Assembly (NCBI GenBank): GCA_965215505.1 | Contig: OZ244065.1 | Location: 1,760,001-1,824,000 of the forward strand | Direction: 5' to 3' | From: Capsulimonadaceae bacterium | GTDB lineage: Bacteria; Armatimonadota; Armatimonadia; Armatimonadales; Capsulimonadaceae | Length of the DNA: 64,000 nt | Shown: positions 1-8,802 of the stretch, one piece after another | Numbering within the stretch: position 1 is the first letter of the stretch | How the letters are laid out: every line of letters begins with the position of its first letter | Translations under genes and position numbers: made by a program | Notes under the pieces: model-generated | Database searches by the model: none | Told to the model about the DNA's origin: nothing | Seen by the model: the letters and a program-made list of their open reading frames with translations, nothing else

Positions 1-742
1 GGAAGTCCGCGCTCGTCCCCGGCCCGCCCGAGATGACGACGCCGTCGGTGGGGATCGTCTCCGTTGTGCCCTCAACGACCCGGACGCTCTCCACCTGCCC
101 GGCCAGCAGTTTGTTCGCCCGGACCGGCAGGTTGACATTCCGCACGACGGCTTCCACGCCGCCGGGTTTGTTGCCGGTAACGGGACCGTACAGGCCGCTG
201 TAAACGACGGTTTCGTTCTTGGAGACGGGGCGGTTGATGCCGCTGATGTATCCGCGCTGGCCGTCGGACGCCTGCAAGTCGCCCAGGAAGCCTAGGGTGT
301 CGAACAGGACGCCCTTGCCGTCCGGCGTCACGCCCAGGGTCACGCGCGGGCCGCCCTGCCGGATGCCCAGGAACGGCTCCGAAAACAGCTCACCGTCGCG
401 GATGCCGACGCCCAAGGGGTCGCCGGTGTAGGGGAAGAAGTCGGCGTTGACGGCGGCGACCGCCCCCCAGCGCCGGGCCAATCGGCTGACGTCCTCGCGC
501 CCGTGCGTCCCGTCCATGCCGGTGATCTTGTCCTGCCCGATGCCGACGCCGAGCCGGACGCCGGGCGCGGTCAGGTCCACGGAGACGACGTTGATGATGA
601 GCGGCGTCTTCCGGTCTATTTCCTGCGTCAGCGTCACGCCCGGCGCGAGCCGCTTGACGGTGCTGTCCGCGTGTGCCGTGCCGACGGCGTACAGGGAGAA
701 GCCGAGGAGCAGCGCGAGGGTTCGTTTCGACAAATTATGCAT
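1..742 (-). CDS. Secreted phosphodiester glycosidase (NAGPA-like) family protein, 5' part; runs off the window start
   Basis: Manual translation from ATG 742: MHNLSKRTLALLLGFSLYAVGTAHA (signal peptide) ...GAVAAVNADFFPYTGDPLGVGIRDGELFSEP. The AAVNADFF motif is typical of the family. Not in the ORF track because the stop lies outside the window. Confidence 0.75.
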   Translation of the reverse strand, partial: MHNLSKRTLALLLGFSLYAVGTAHADSTVKRLAPGVTLTQEIDRKTPLIINVVSVDLTAPGVRLGVGIGQDKITGMDGTHGREDVSRLARRWGAVAAVNADFFPYTGDPLGVGIRDGELFSEPFLGIRQGGPRVTLGVTPDGKGVLFDTLGFLGDLQASDGQRGYISGINRPVSKNETVVYSGLYGPVTGNKPGGVEAVVRNVNLPVRANKLLAGQVESVRVVEGTTETIPTDGVVISGGPGTSADF

Positions 743-795
743 ACATAAATGACGGCAGGACCCCGCACGGATGTTCCGGCGTCTGCCTGCCGTCA

Positions 796-1014
796 TTATA
801 CCTCAGCGCCCATGCTCGCCAGCAGGGCGCGCGTCTCGTCCCTCAATATTCGCGTCTCGGCTTTCAGTCGCTCTATCTCAGCTCGGTCGCTCCCGACGCG
901 GTCCCGACTCATCCGCTCGTGGATGCTTTCCATCTCCGCAATCAGCCCTTCAAAGGTAGCCTCATACTCCGCCGCTGTTTGCGGATCGGACTGTGCCGAG
1001 GCGGTGTCTGTCAT
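796..1014 (-). CDS. Small coiled-coil hypothetical protein (72 aa)
   Basis: MTDTASAQSDPQ...; ATG overlaps the upstream stop (ATGA at 1011-1014); helical, charged composition. Confidence 0.55.
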   Translation of the reverse strand: MTDTASAQSDPQTAAEYEATFEGLIAEMESIHERMSRDRVGSDRAEIERLKAETRILRDETRALLASMGAEV

Positions 1015-1385
1015 GTCGCTTTTCTCCCTTCGACTTCGGGATAGGGTTTGCTTGCACTCGCTGTGCGTGACGGGGGCACCGGGCGCAAAGGAACACCCGC
1101 AGATAGTCCGGCACCTCCTTCTCCGCCCTGTCCCTTTCGTGTTGGTGACTGATTGGACTGCCAGCGCGTCTGCTGACGGGGAAGCATGACAGGCACAAGA
1201 ACGTACCACACCAGCACGGCGAGCAAGATGAGTGCGGCCAAGAACCAACTATGTCTCCATAGCGCCACGCCGATTGCCAGCAGTATAAGAGCGGTCACAC
1301 GGGGTACACTTTGTAGGTACTGTTCCGAGTTGATAGGCGGGTATGTCGGCAACGTCATCCTGTCCCACCACTGGCGCAGTTTCAT
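1011..1385 (-). CDS. Small membrane protein with two TM helices
   Basis: GAGGGAGG SD upstream; hydrophobic VTALILLAIGVALW and WFLAALILLAVLVWYVLV segments. Confidence 0.6.
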   Translation of the reverse strand: MKLRQWWDRMTLPTYPPINSEQYLQSVPRVTALILLAIGVALWRHSWFLAALILLAVLVWYVLVPVMLPRQQTRWQSNQSPTRKGQGGEGGAGLSAGVPLRPVPPSRTASASKPYPEVEGRKAT

Positions 1386-1507
1386 CTTTCCTCCCTCGAA
1401 TCAAAGCCTTTCCTGTTGCGGATATTATACCGCAATGCCACGCCCCTGTCGCTTGCGGTCAAGTCTAAGGCAACACGCCTCAGGTGGGCCGTTTTTACGG
1501 AGGAGTG

Positions 1508-1795
1508 CTAACACATCTTGCATGGCCCCGAGGCATCAAGTTCTCCTCGAAACGGGTTCTTGGCATCATAGGGGGAGCGGAAGAACGGAGAGGGGTCTAC
1601 TTCCTCCAAGGCATGGCGCCCCGTCAGGGCCTTCAGAGCGCGTTCCTGCCGCCTGGGGCATCCCCCGTTCAGGGAGTAGCGCCACAGCACTGCATCACGC
1701 TGATAGCCGACGCCCGCCCGCGCATCGCGAGACTTCAGGCGCTTGTGGAGTTTACGGAGCCGGTGCCGACTTTTCCACCTTGTTTGTAGAGCCAT
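1508..1795 (-). CDS. Possible small basic hypothetical protein
   Basis: 95-aa ORF fills an otherwise empty gap on the same strand as its neighbours; no clear SD or motif. Confidence 0.3.
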   Translation of the reverse strand: MALQTRWKSRHRLRKLHKRLKSRDARAGVGYQRDAVLWRYSLNGGCPRRQERALKALTGRHALEEVDPSPFFRSPYDAKNPFRGELDASGPCKMC

Positions 1796-1835
1796 AGTCT
1801 ACCAAGAAGCGAACGGTGCGCCCGTCGCGTCACCC

Positions 1836-2045
1836 CTACTGAGACAGGCCAGCATCCCAGGCGTGGGTCGGGTCAGGGTAGAAGGTGACGGAAACTGGGT
1901 AGGCCGCACCGACGGCGGTGGCTGCCACCACGAGCCCGCCCCCAGGGGCCTGAGCGCGGCTTAACAGGACGTTGATGTTGCTGGTGGCCCCAAAGAGGCC
2001 GGGATCGGTGATCATTCGAGCCGTCTCGATTTTCTCCCATCGCAT
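1836..2045 (-). CDS. Small hypothetical protein (69 aa)
   Basis: AAGGAG SD upstream; LSRAQAPGG...VTFYPDPTHAWD looks like a folded beta-rich mini-protein. Confidence 0.6.
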   Translation of the reverse strand: MRWEKIETARMITDPGLFGATSNINVLLSRAQAPGGGLVVAATAVGAAYPVSVTFYPDPTHAWDAGLSQ

Positions 2046-2088
2046 CGCAAGTTTCTCCTTTGTTGTCCGGCACCGCGCGACGATGCGG

Positions 2089-2607
2089 TCACATCTCAGG
2101 CAGAAGGTCCTCGGTCGTGCCGTCTTCGCTCCAGGTCAGCTTGGCGTCTATGAGGTTCGGGGTGACGGCGAGGCGCAGGCTTTGAACGCCGGTCAGCTCG
2201 CTGGAGGTGCCGTCGGCGCGCAGGCCCAGGCCGAGCCACAGGCCCTCGAAGGAGCCGTCTTCCATGCAGGTGACGACCAAGCGGCGGCCACGCGCGATGA
2301 CCTCCACGGTGCCGGGGAAGAGGGTGGCGGAGCGCTGGTCGCGGCTGCCGGAGGGGCCTACCGTGTAGCGGGACAGGACGGCGGCGACGGAGCCGGCCCG
2401 GTTGCCGGCATCGGGCGCGATGATCTCGACGGTCAGGCTCTCCACGTCGCCGGTCGGGACGGGCTGGCCGTTCAGGAAGACGGCCAGGCCGACGGAAGAC
2501 TGGCCGCTGACGATCACCTGGGTGAGACTGCTTTCCATCCGGGCCACCTCGGCGGCGGAGGGGCGGTTAGGGGCGGGCGCGGGGGCGCCGTTGTTGCTGC
2601 CGAACAT
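2089..2607 (-). CDS. Hypothetical protein (172 aa)
   Basis: AGGAGG SD overlapping the upstream stop; coding-like GC3 pattern. Confidence 0.75.
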   Translation of the reverse strand: MFGSNNGAPAPAPNRPSAAEVARMESSLTQVIVSGQSSVGLAVFLNGQPVPTGDVESLTVEIIAPDAGNRAGSVAAVLSRYTVGPSGSRDQRSATLFPGTVEVIARGRRLVVTCMEDGSFEGLWLGLGLRADGTSSELTGVQSLRLAVTPNLIDAKLTWSEDGTTEDLLPEM

Positions 2608-2618
2608 GATTTAGCCTC

Positions 2619-3068
2619 CTAGGCGACGATGGTGTAGGTGATGACCTCGTCGGTCCTGATCCAGTGCGGCTTGTAGACGGTGACGTAGGCTTTGACCACG
2701 TCGTCGAGGGCGTTGATGTTCACATAAACATCTACGACCCGGTCGGTCACGTCCTGGCCGTTGTACCAGACGCGGGTGGCGTTGGGGTCCACCATCGGGT
2801 GGTAGTTCTCCAGCACGACGACGTGGCCGGGGAAGGTCAGGGTGACGCGGCCCGGCAGGATGTCCCAGGCCTGTTCGGGGTCCTGCTGGGGGCGGACGAG
2901 GGCGGTCAGGTCGGTGCCGTCATAGATGCCGCCCCGGATGGGGTTGTCCCACTCGTCGCGCCCGGCGAGGATCTGGACGAAGAGCTGGGCGGCGAGGACT
3001 TCCACGCCGTTGTTGTAGAGCGTCGTGCTGGACCAGTCGCCGCCGGTCTGGAATGCGATGTCGTTCAT
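2619..3068 (-). CDS. Hypothetical beta-rich protein (149 aa)
   Basis: Start MNDIAFQTGG preceded by AAGGAA; strong GC3 bias. Confidence 0.75.
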   Translation of the reverse strand: MNDIAFQTGGDWSSTTLYNNGVEVLAAQLFVQILAGRDEWDNPIRGGIYDGTDLTALVRPQQDPEQAWDILPGRVTLTFPGHVVVLENYHPMVDPNATRVWYNGQDVTDRVVDVYVNINALDDVVKAYVTVYKPHWIRTDEVITYTIVA

Positions 3069-3105
3069 GGGTTGGTTTCCTTCAAAGGAGGGCGAGCATT
3101 TATAG

Positions 3106-3133
3106 GAGGGCGCACACGCAGGTGCGCCCCTAT
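3106..3133. repeat. GTAG-type REP-like palindrome
   Basis: GAGGGCGCAC-ACGCAG-GTGCGCCCCTAT; reverse complement begins ATAGGGGCGCAC. Confidence 0.65.
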
Positions 3134-3150
3134 GGGCAATGGGCAGGGGT

Positions 3151-4377
3151 TCAGCGCCGCCGTCCGCCGCCCCCAAAGGAGGATCGGCCGCCCCCGAACG
3201 AGCCGCCGCCCCCGAACGAGGAACGTCCCCCGCCGAAGCCGCCCCCGCCGAAGGAGCCGCCGGAAGACGGGGCCGGGCTGCCGTGAGAACCGCCGCCGAA
3301 CGTCGGACGGCCGCTGAAGCCGCCGCCGCCGAAGGAGGGCCGGCCCGACGTGGTCGGCATCGAGGAGCCGCCGACGGGGAAGGAGCGCCGCCCGCCGCCG
3401 AACGAGCCGCCGAAGCCGGACGGGCCAGAACCGAAGGAGCCTGACGCGCGCGGCGTTCCGCCGCCGAACGCCGGGCGTCCGCCGCTGAAGGAGCCGGAAG
3501 GCCGCCCGCCGAAGGCCGTCCCCGCGCTGCCGAAGGAGCGCCGCCCGAAAGAGCCGCTGCCGCCGCTGTTCCGCCCGAAGGAGCTGCCCCCGAATGACCC
3601 GCGGTTGAACGAGTTCCGGGCGGCCTGGTTGTAGACGGTCCGGTTGACGACCCGCATGGGGGCGTAGCCGGGGTGACCCATGTAGTAGGAGTGGTACGAA
3701 TTCCAGCCGTAGTAGGGCGAGCCGCCGATCAGGAAGTGCAGGCCGAGCATGGGGGCGTAGCCATAGGGGTTGTAGCCCCAATAGCCGCCGTAGTAGGCCA
3801 TGCCGGGATACCAGCCCATCCCGCTGAAGGCCGACCAGCTCGGGGCAAGCCCGACATAGACGGGCTGCGTGTAGGCGTAGTTCTGCGGGAACGGATACCA
3901 GCGCGCGCCCGGCTGGGCGGCGTTGTCAAGGCCCGCGCCCGGCGGGAGGAAGAGCGTCGGGACCTGGCCGTTATTGACGAAGTACATGCCGCCGTTACCC
4001 GACTGGCCGAACTTCATCACATAGAGGTTCTGGTTCGCGAAGGGGACGACGATGGTCCCCTGCGGCGAATAGAGCTGGTAGCCGCCCTGGTCGAAGACGG
4101 CGCGGCTGATCTGCACCTGCTGGTTCACGGGAACCTCGGTCCAGTTGTAGGCCCCGCTCGCGGTGCCGCCCGCGTTCTGATCGTAGCCTGCGGATTGGTT
4201 ATAACCGCCGGGTTGCTGGTTGTAGCCTCCCGGCTGCTGGTTGTAGCCGCCAGGCTGCTGCGAGATGGTCACGGGCGTGGTGGGCGGGGCCATGGTCACG
4301 GGCTGGTTGCTATGTCCGCAGCCGGCGAGCAGCAGGGCCAGGGCAGGAAGGGGGGCTAAGACTGACTTGTTTCGCAT
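3151..4377 (-). CDS. Lipoprotein with QQPGGYN repeats and a long Gly/Ser/Phe/Arg low-complexity C-terminal tail
   Basis: MRNKSVLAPLPALALLLAGC lipobox; GGAGGAG SD; QQPGGYN x3; tail of GSFGG/GGR units ending GGGGRRR. Confidence 0.8.
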   Translation of the reverse strand: MRNKSVLAPLPALALLLAGCGHSNQPVTMAPPTTPVTISQQPGGYNQQPGGYNQQPGGYNQSAGYDQNAGGTASGAYNWTEVPVNQQVQISRAVFDQGGYQLYSPQGTIVVPFANQNLYVMKFGQSGNGGMYFVNNGQVPTLFLPPGAGLDNAAQPGARWYPFPQNYAYTQPVYVGLAPSWSAFSGMGWYPGMAYYGGYWGYNPYGYAPMLGLHFLIGGSPYYGWNSYHSYYMGHPGYAPMRVVNRTVYNQAARNSFNRGSFGGSSFGRNSGGSGSFGRRSFGSAGTAFGGRPSGSFSGGRPAFGGGTPRASGSFGSGPSGFGGSFGGGRRSFPVGGSSMPTTSGRPSFGGGGFSGRPTFGGGSHGSPAPSSGGSFGGGGFGGGRSSFGGGGSFGGGRSSFGGGGRRR

Positions 4378-4557
4378 GAGGCTCCTCCGCACGAGTAGTG
4401 GTTCGCATTCGTTATGACACGGGGCGCGGAAAAAAGTTGCGTGGGAACACCCGTGCGGTACGATTATGTTCTAGGATTGGGTATTCTTAGGGGACCAATC
4501 TCTTACCCCCATCCTTCTGACGGTCATCGCCGGGCACAGCGATTAGCAAAGGGCATC

Positions 4558-4881
4558 ATGCAAGACTCTCTCGATGTGACCGGCGCGTTCCACCAGCCCC
4601 TGGAAGGCGAGGTGTGTGTTCAGTACATCCGCTGCGGGAAGTCCGGCTGCCGCTGCCAGTCGGGACACCTGCACGGCCCTTACCACTACCGGATCTGGCG
4701 CGAGGGCGCGCAGGTGCGGAAGGTCTACGTCAAGGCCGCCGAGTTGGAGTCTGTCAAAGCGGCCTGCCAGGCCCACAGGGACTTATCCCGCAGCCTGCGG
4801 GACGTGAAACAGGCGCGGATGCGCCTCACGCAGAGCATCCTGAAGGAGTGGCGTCAGACGCAGCGCTACCTCGGGAAGTGA
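4558..4881 (+). CDS. DUF6788-like small Cys/His protein
   Basis: RCGKSGCRCQSGHLHGPYHY motif followed by RKVYV. Confidence 0.7.
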   Translation: MQDSLDVTGAFHQPLEGEVCVQYIRCGKSGCRCQSGHLHGPYHYRIWREGAQVRKVYVKAAELESVKAACQAHRDLSRSLRDVKQARMRLTQSILKEWRQTQRYLGK

Positions 4882-4894
4882 CGACGTTTTATCC

Positions 4895-4930
4895 AAAGAG
4901 CCTGCCGGACGATCCCGGCAGGCTCTTTTT
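4895..4930. terminator. Rho-independent terminator, probably bidirectional
   Basis: AAAGAGCCTGCCGG-acgatc-CCGGCAGGCTCTTTTT between convergent genes. Confidence 0.8.
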
Positions 4931-4959
4931 GCGTCTCGCTACTGTTCTCGCCCCCGCGT

Positions 4960-5757
4960 TTAGCGCGCGCCGCAGGCTTGGAGGCAGGCCTGCATGTGGC
5001 CGCGCGCCTCGGCGGCAATCATGGCGCACTGGACGAGGCTGTAGTCTTTGGCACCGATCACTTCCAGGTCCACGGGGCCTCGGTAGCCGCTCTCGTGGAG
5101 GACACGGAGGTAGCCGACGAGGTTGATGTCGCCGCGCCCGTTGGCCTGGTCTTCAGGCTTCCCCGGCCCTTGCTGGCGGCCCTTGCAGTCGCGGATGTGG
5201 ACGTGCTTGACGCGCGTGGCGACGGCGGCGATGGCTTCCACGGGGTCTTCGCCCGCGCGGTAGATGTGGGACGGGTCCATGTCTATGCCGAAGGCGGGGG
5301 AGGAGATGGCGGCCATCAGCCGCAGCGTGGTTGGGGTGTTGTCAATGGCCGCTCCGACGTGGGCCTTGACGCACAGGATCACGCCGTACTTCTCGGCCAT
5401 TGACGCAAGACGGCCCAAGGAATCAATGGACTCTTGCAGGGCGGCCTCGTCGCCGCTTTTGCCGCCCGGCCCGCAGTTGATGAGCGGGATGCCGATGTCG
5501 GCGGCGGCCTGGAACGCGATTTCCATGCGGGCGGGGTCCTGGGAGGGCTGTTCCATCGCCAGCAGTTCCAGGCCGTATTCGGCAGACCAGCGCTTGATGT
5601 CGGGGCCGATCTCGCGCCAGCGGTCGAGGGCGAGGTGGTCGCTCATGCCCTCAATGGCCGAGAGTTCGATGCCGTCGTAGCCCGCGCGGGCGATCTGCTC
5701 GAAGGCGGTCTTCAGGTCAAAGCCGCCGAACAGGACGGAGTTCGCGCCGAGTTTCAT
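4960..5757 (-). CDS. Sugar phosphate isomerase/epimerase (xylose isomerase-like TIM barrel)
   Basis: GYDGIEL, DMDPSH, HVHIRD, G.GDI and GY.GPVDLE motifs. Confidence 0.85.
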   Translation of the reverse strand: MKLGANSVLFGGFDLKTAFEQIARAGYDGIELSAIEGMSDHLALDRWREIGPDIKRWSAEYGLELLAMEQPSQDPARMEIAFQAAADIGIPLINCGPGGKSGDEAALQESIDSLGRLASMAEKYGVILCVKAHVGAAIDNTPTTLRLMAAISSPAFGIDMDPSHIYRAGEDPVEAIAAVATRVKHVHIRDCKGRQQGPGKPEDQANGRGDINLVGYLRVLHESGYRGPVDLEVIGAKDYSLVQCAMIAAEARGHMQACLQACGAR

Positions 5758-5810
5758 GTTGTTCTCCTGGCTGCGGACGCACTCGGTCCGAGCAGTTTAG
5801 GACGGGTTTG

Positions 5811-5948
5811 GGACGAGTGATTGAAATCACTCGCTCCGGGTGGAAGCGTCCAGGGGACGCGAGAACAGGGATGCCCCTGTCTGCCTAATCCTGATCTTCT
5901 GTCTCCTGGACAGGTCTGGCAGGAGCGAGTGATTTCAATCACTCGTCC
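5811..5948. repeat. Inverted-doublet palindromic element (REPIN/MITE-like), family 2, copy 1
   Basis: Perfect 27-bp inverted repeat GGACGAGTGATTGAAATCACTCGCTCC (5811-5837 / 5922-5948). Each arm is itself a hairpin; inner GTCCAGGGGAC/GTCTCCTGGAC pair. Confidence 0.85.
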
Positions 5949-5978
5949 GAGTGTCGGCTGGACGTGTTCAGACGCCAC

Positions 5979-7013
5979 TCACCCCGGTACCGTCACGATC
6001 TTCCCCGTGTCCAGCGACTCGATGGCGGCTTGCAGCACCCTTTGGGCGGCCAGGCCGTCCGCGCCGGAGCCGTCTATGTCGGCGGGGGCGGTGCCCGCCT
6101 CTATCTGCTCCAAGAAGCGGTGCAGGCGGTCCCGGAAAGTGTCCTCGAAGTCCCGGAAGCCGCCGAAGAGGGGGTTGGTGTAGACCCGCTTTTCCAGGTC
6201 CCCGGCGGGGTACAGGGTCGCCTCCCGGTACATGTCGTCAATGACGAGCCGGCCCGCCGTGCCGGCGACCTCGCAGCGCTCCATCGGGTGGCCACGCTCG
6301 ATGTCATAGGAGCCGGTCAGGCCGCCGACGACGCCGTTCTTGAAGCGCAGGCTGAAATGGGCCGTCGTCCAGATGGTCCGGCCCGGCGACTTGGTCGCGA
6401 AGCACTGCACGGCCTCCACGTCGCCGCAGAAGTGGCGCATGACGTCTATGGTATGGGGGTGGAGCGCCTTGATCTGGAAGTAGGGCGAGCTTTCGACGGG
6501 GTTCTTGATCCACATGCTCATGTTGACGAACAGCAGATGCCCCAGCCTGCCCTCGTCCTGCCACCGTTTCGCGATCCGGGCGGCGGGTGTGAAGCGGTGG
6601 TTGAGGTTGATGCCGTAGCACAGGCCCTTCTGCCGGGCTGATGCAACCATCTCCTCGGCGCGGCCGATGTCGTTGCAGATGGGCTTCTCGCCCAAAACAT
6701 GGCACCCGGCCTCCAGGGCCTGCATCGTCGGCTCATAGTGGTCGCTGCCGTACTCATAGCCGCCCGTGGTGACGCTGCATATGTCGGGCCGCACGGCGGC
6801 CAGCATGGCGGGGACGCTGCCGAAGGCGGACACACCGAGGCGGGCGGCGGGGACGCTGCCGAAGGCGGACACACCGAGGCGGGCGGCGGTGCGGTCCGCC
6901 CGGTCTTTATCAATGTCGCAGACGCCGACAAGCTCGGCGAGGGGATCGGCGGAGTAGAGGTCGGCGTGGCGGTTGCCGATTGGCCCCAGGCCGATCACGC
7001 AGACCCTCAGCAT
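5979..7013 (-). CDS. Gfo/Idh/MocA family oxidoreductase with an in-frame 13-aa duplication
   Basis: IGLGPIG Rossmann motif, HVLGEKP, NHRF. Confidence 0.9.
   Translation of the reverse strand: MLRVCVIGLGPIGNRHADLYSADPLAELVGVCDIDKDRADRTAARLGVSAFGSVPAARLGVSAFGSVPAMLAAVRPDICSVTTGGYEYGSDHYEPTMQALEAGCHVLGEKPICNDIGRAEEMVASARQKGLCYGINLNHRFTPAARIAKRWQDEGRLGHLLFVNMSMWIKNPVESSPYFQIKALHPHTIDVMRHFCGDVEAVQCFATKSPGRTIWTTAHFSLRFKNGVVGGLTGSYDIERGHPMERCEVAGTAGRLVIDDMYREATLYPAGDLEKRVYTNPLFGGFRDFEDTFRDRLHRFLEQIEAGTAPADIDGSGADGLAAQRVLQAAIESLDTGKIVTVPG
6807..6884. repeat. Perfect 39-bp tandem duplication
   Basis: GGCGGGGACGCTGCCGAAGGCGGACACACCGAGGCGGGC x2, encoding AARLGVSAFGSVP twice. Confidence 0.9.
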
Positions 7014-7750
7014 GGCGCGTCTCCCTCCGCAGGGATCTCGTAGCCGTACTCGCGCATGGCCGGCCCGAAGAAGTCGAAGTAGTTAACGCCGTGGTCGGTC
7101 TTCCAGCGGTTCACGGCCTCGGGCTTGACGGGGATGGTGACGAGAGAGAGGCCCAAGAACTCTTCCAATCGGGCCAGTGTCGCGGCCTGATCCAAGACGA
7201 AGTCCTCAAAGCGGACCTCGATCCAGTGGGCAGGCTTGGGGGTGGCGCGGACCAGGTCGTGCTGGTACTTCCACGAGATGGCCCGGCGGCGGCGCTCGTC
7301 CTCGGTCGGCGGGTAGGCGATGCCGAACTTGGTGAGGTCGTCGGTCAGGTGTTCGCCCAGGATGCAGTCGCGCGGGTTGCGGACCCAGAAGACGTAGTTG
7401 ATGTCTGGGAAGAGGCGCACGATCCAAGGAAAAACGAGAGTCGTCTCGGGGATCTTCCAGCCCTTGTCGGTCGCCACGCTTTCCTGCACGGAGGCGAGGT
7501 AGGAGTGAAGGAGCCGGGTGAACTCGTCGGGGATGTCCATGGAGTGCAGGGCGCTCCAGTCCCATTCCAGGCCGCCGCGCCACTCGACGGAGCGGGCGAA
7601 CACGCGGCAGGCTTCGTACATGTCGTCCGGCGGCAGGAGATCCCCGGAGCCATTCAGCGGGGCACCCATGAAGACGCCGCTGGCGGAGAGCGTGTGCGAG
7701 ATGGCGCGCGTCCCCGAGTGGCCGCGCCCGATGATGGTCACCATCGTCAT
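7007..7750 (-). CDS. Sulfotransferase family protein
   Basis: IIGRGHSGT (5'-PSB-like), GWKIP, VRNPRD (3'-PB), VRFEDF. Confidence 0.8.
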   Translation of the reverse strand: MTMVTIIGRGHSGTRAISHTLSASGVFMGAPLNGSGDLLPPDDMYEACRVFARSVEWRGGLEWDWSALHSMDIPDEFTRLLHSYLASVQESVATDKGWKIPETTLVFPWIVRLFPDINYVFWVRNPRDCILGEHLTDDLTKFGIAYPPTEDERRRRAISWKYQHDLVRATPKPAHWIEVRFEDFVLDQAATLARLEEFLGLSLVTIPVKPEAVNRWKTDHGVNYFDFFGPAMREYGYEIPAEGDAPC

Positions 7751-7787
7751 GCTAAAGACTTTCTTGCTTGAGGCTTCCTGGGTGTGG

Positions 7788-8792
7788 CTAGAGCGTTACC
7801 ACGGCCCCGGTTTCCCAGGACTCGATGACCGCCTCGATGATGCGCTGGACGTGCAAGGCGTCCGCCCCGGAGGCGTCTATTTGGTCGGGCGCGGCTTGGG
7901 CGACGTTCTGGTCCACCCATGCCCCGATGCGGGCGGCGAACGTTTCATTGAAGTTCATCATGCCGCCGAGATAGTCATACGTCTCGGTCTGCCGCGAGAA
8001 GCGCGGGTAGAAGTGTAGGTGTTCGCAGGCGTCTTCCAGGACGAAGCGCGCCTCCGACCCGACCACTTCCAGCGTTTCCAAGCCGTAGCTGCCCCCGGCG
8101 TCGTAGGAGCCGGTGAGGTGGCCGATGATGCCGTTCTTGAAGAGCAGGTTGACCTGGACATTGGACCAGCAGACGCGGCGGCCGTCGGGGCCGTCCGGGC
8201 GCAGGCCGCGCTTGAAGAAGGCCTGGACCTTGTCCACGTCGCCGCCGTAGTAGCGCATGACGTCCAGCGAGTGCGGGTGCAGGGCGCGGATGTGGAACCA
8301 GGGGGACGACTCGTTCGGGTTGTTGATCCACATGGTCATGTTGATGATGTTGATCTCGCCGAGCCGGCCCGCCTCCACCCACTCCTTCGCCTTCAGCGCG
8401 GCGGGGGTGAAGCGGTGGTTGAGGTTGACCCCATAGCGCAGGTTTTTCTCATGTGCCAGGGCGACCATTTCTGCCGCCTTGCCGACGTCGTTGGAGATCG
8501 GCTTTTCGCCCAGGACGGGGATGCCCGCGCCCAAAAGCTCCATCGTCGGCGCGTAGTGGTCCCCGCCGTTTTCCACTCCCGCCGAGCAGACGCTGGCCGC
8601 GTCGATTTTGATGCCGCTTGCCAGCATGTCCGCCACGGTGTAGAAGGCGGGGCAGCCGTACCGGGCCGCGCCCTTGTCAGCGCGATCCTGGAGGAGGTCG
8701 CAGACGGCAACGATGTCTGTGGCCGGGTTCTTCTCGTAGACCCCGCCGTGGGTATTTCCGATTCCGCCCAATCCTACGATAGCAACATTCAT
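7788..8792 (-). CDS. Gfo/Idh/MocA family oxidoreductase (paralog of 5979-7013)
   Basis: MNVAIVGLGGIG, PVLGEKP, NLNHRFTPAA; shares MWI.NP.ESSP.F.I.ALHPH with the paralog. Confidence 0.9.
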   Translation of the reverse strand: MNVAIVGLGGIGNTHGGVYEKNPATDIVAVCDLLQDRADKGAARYGCPAFYTVADMLASGIKIDAASVCSAGVENGGDHYAPTMELLGAGIPVLGEKPISNDVGKAAEMVALAHEKNLRYGVNLNHRFTPAALKAKEWVEAGRLGEINIINMTMWINNPNESSPWFHIRALHPHSLDVMRYYGGDVDKVQAFFKRGLRPDGPDGRRVCWSNVQVNLLFKNGIIGHLTGSYDAGGSYGLETLEVVGSEARFVLEDACEHLHFYPRFSRQTETYDYLGGMMNFNETFAARIGAWVDQNVAQAAPDQIDASGADALHVQRIIEAVIESWETGAVVTL

Positions 8793-8802
8793 AGTGACCC
8801 TT

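Noticed and set aside
1485-1511. CIRCE element (GAGTGCTAA)
   Set aside because: Only the right half is present; no TTAGCACTC 9 nt upstream and no chaperone gene.
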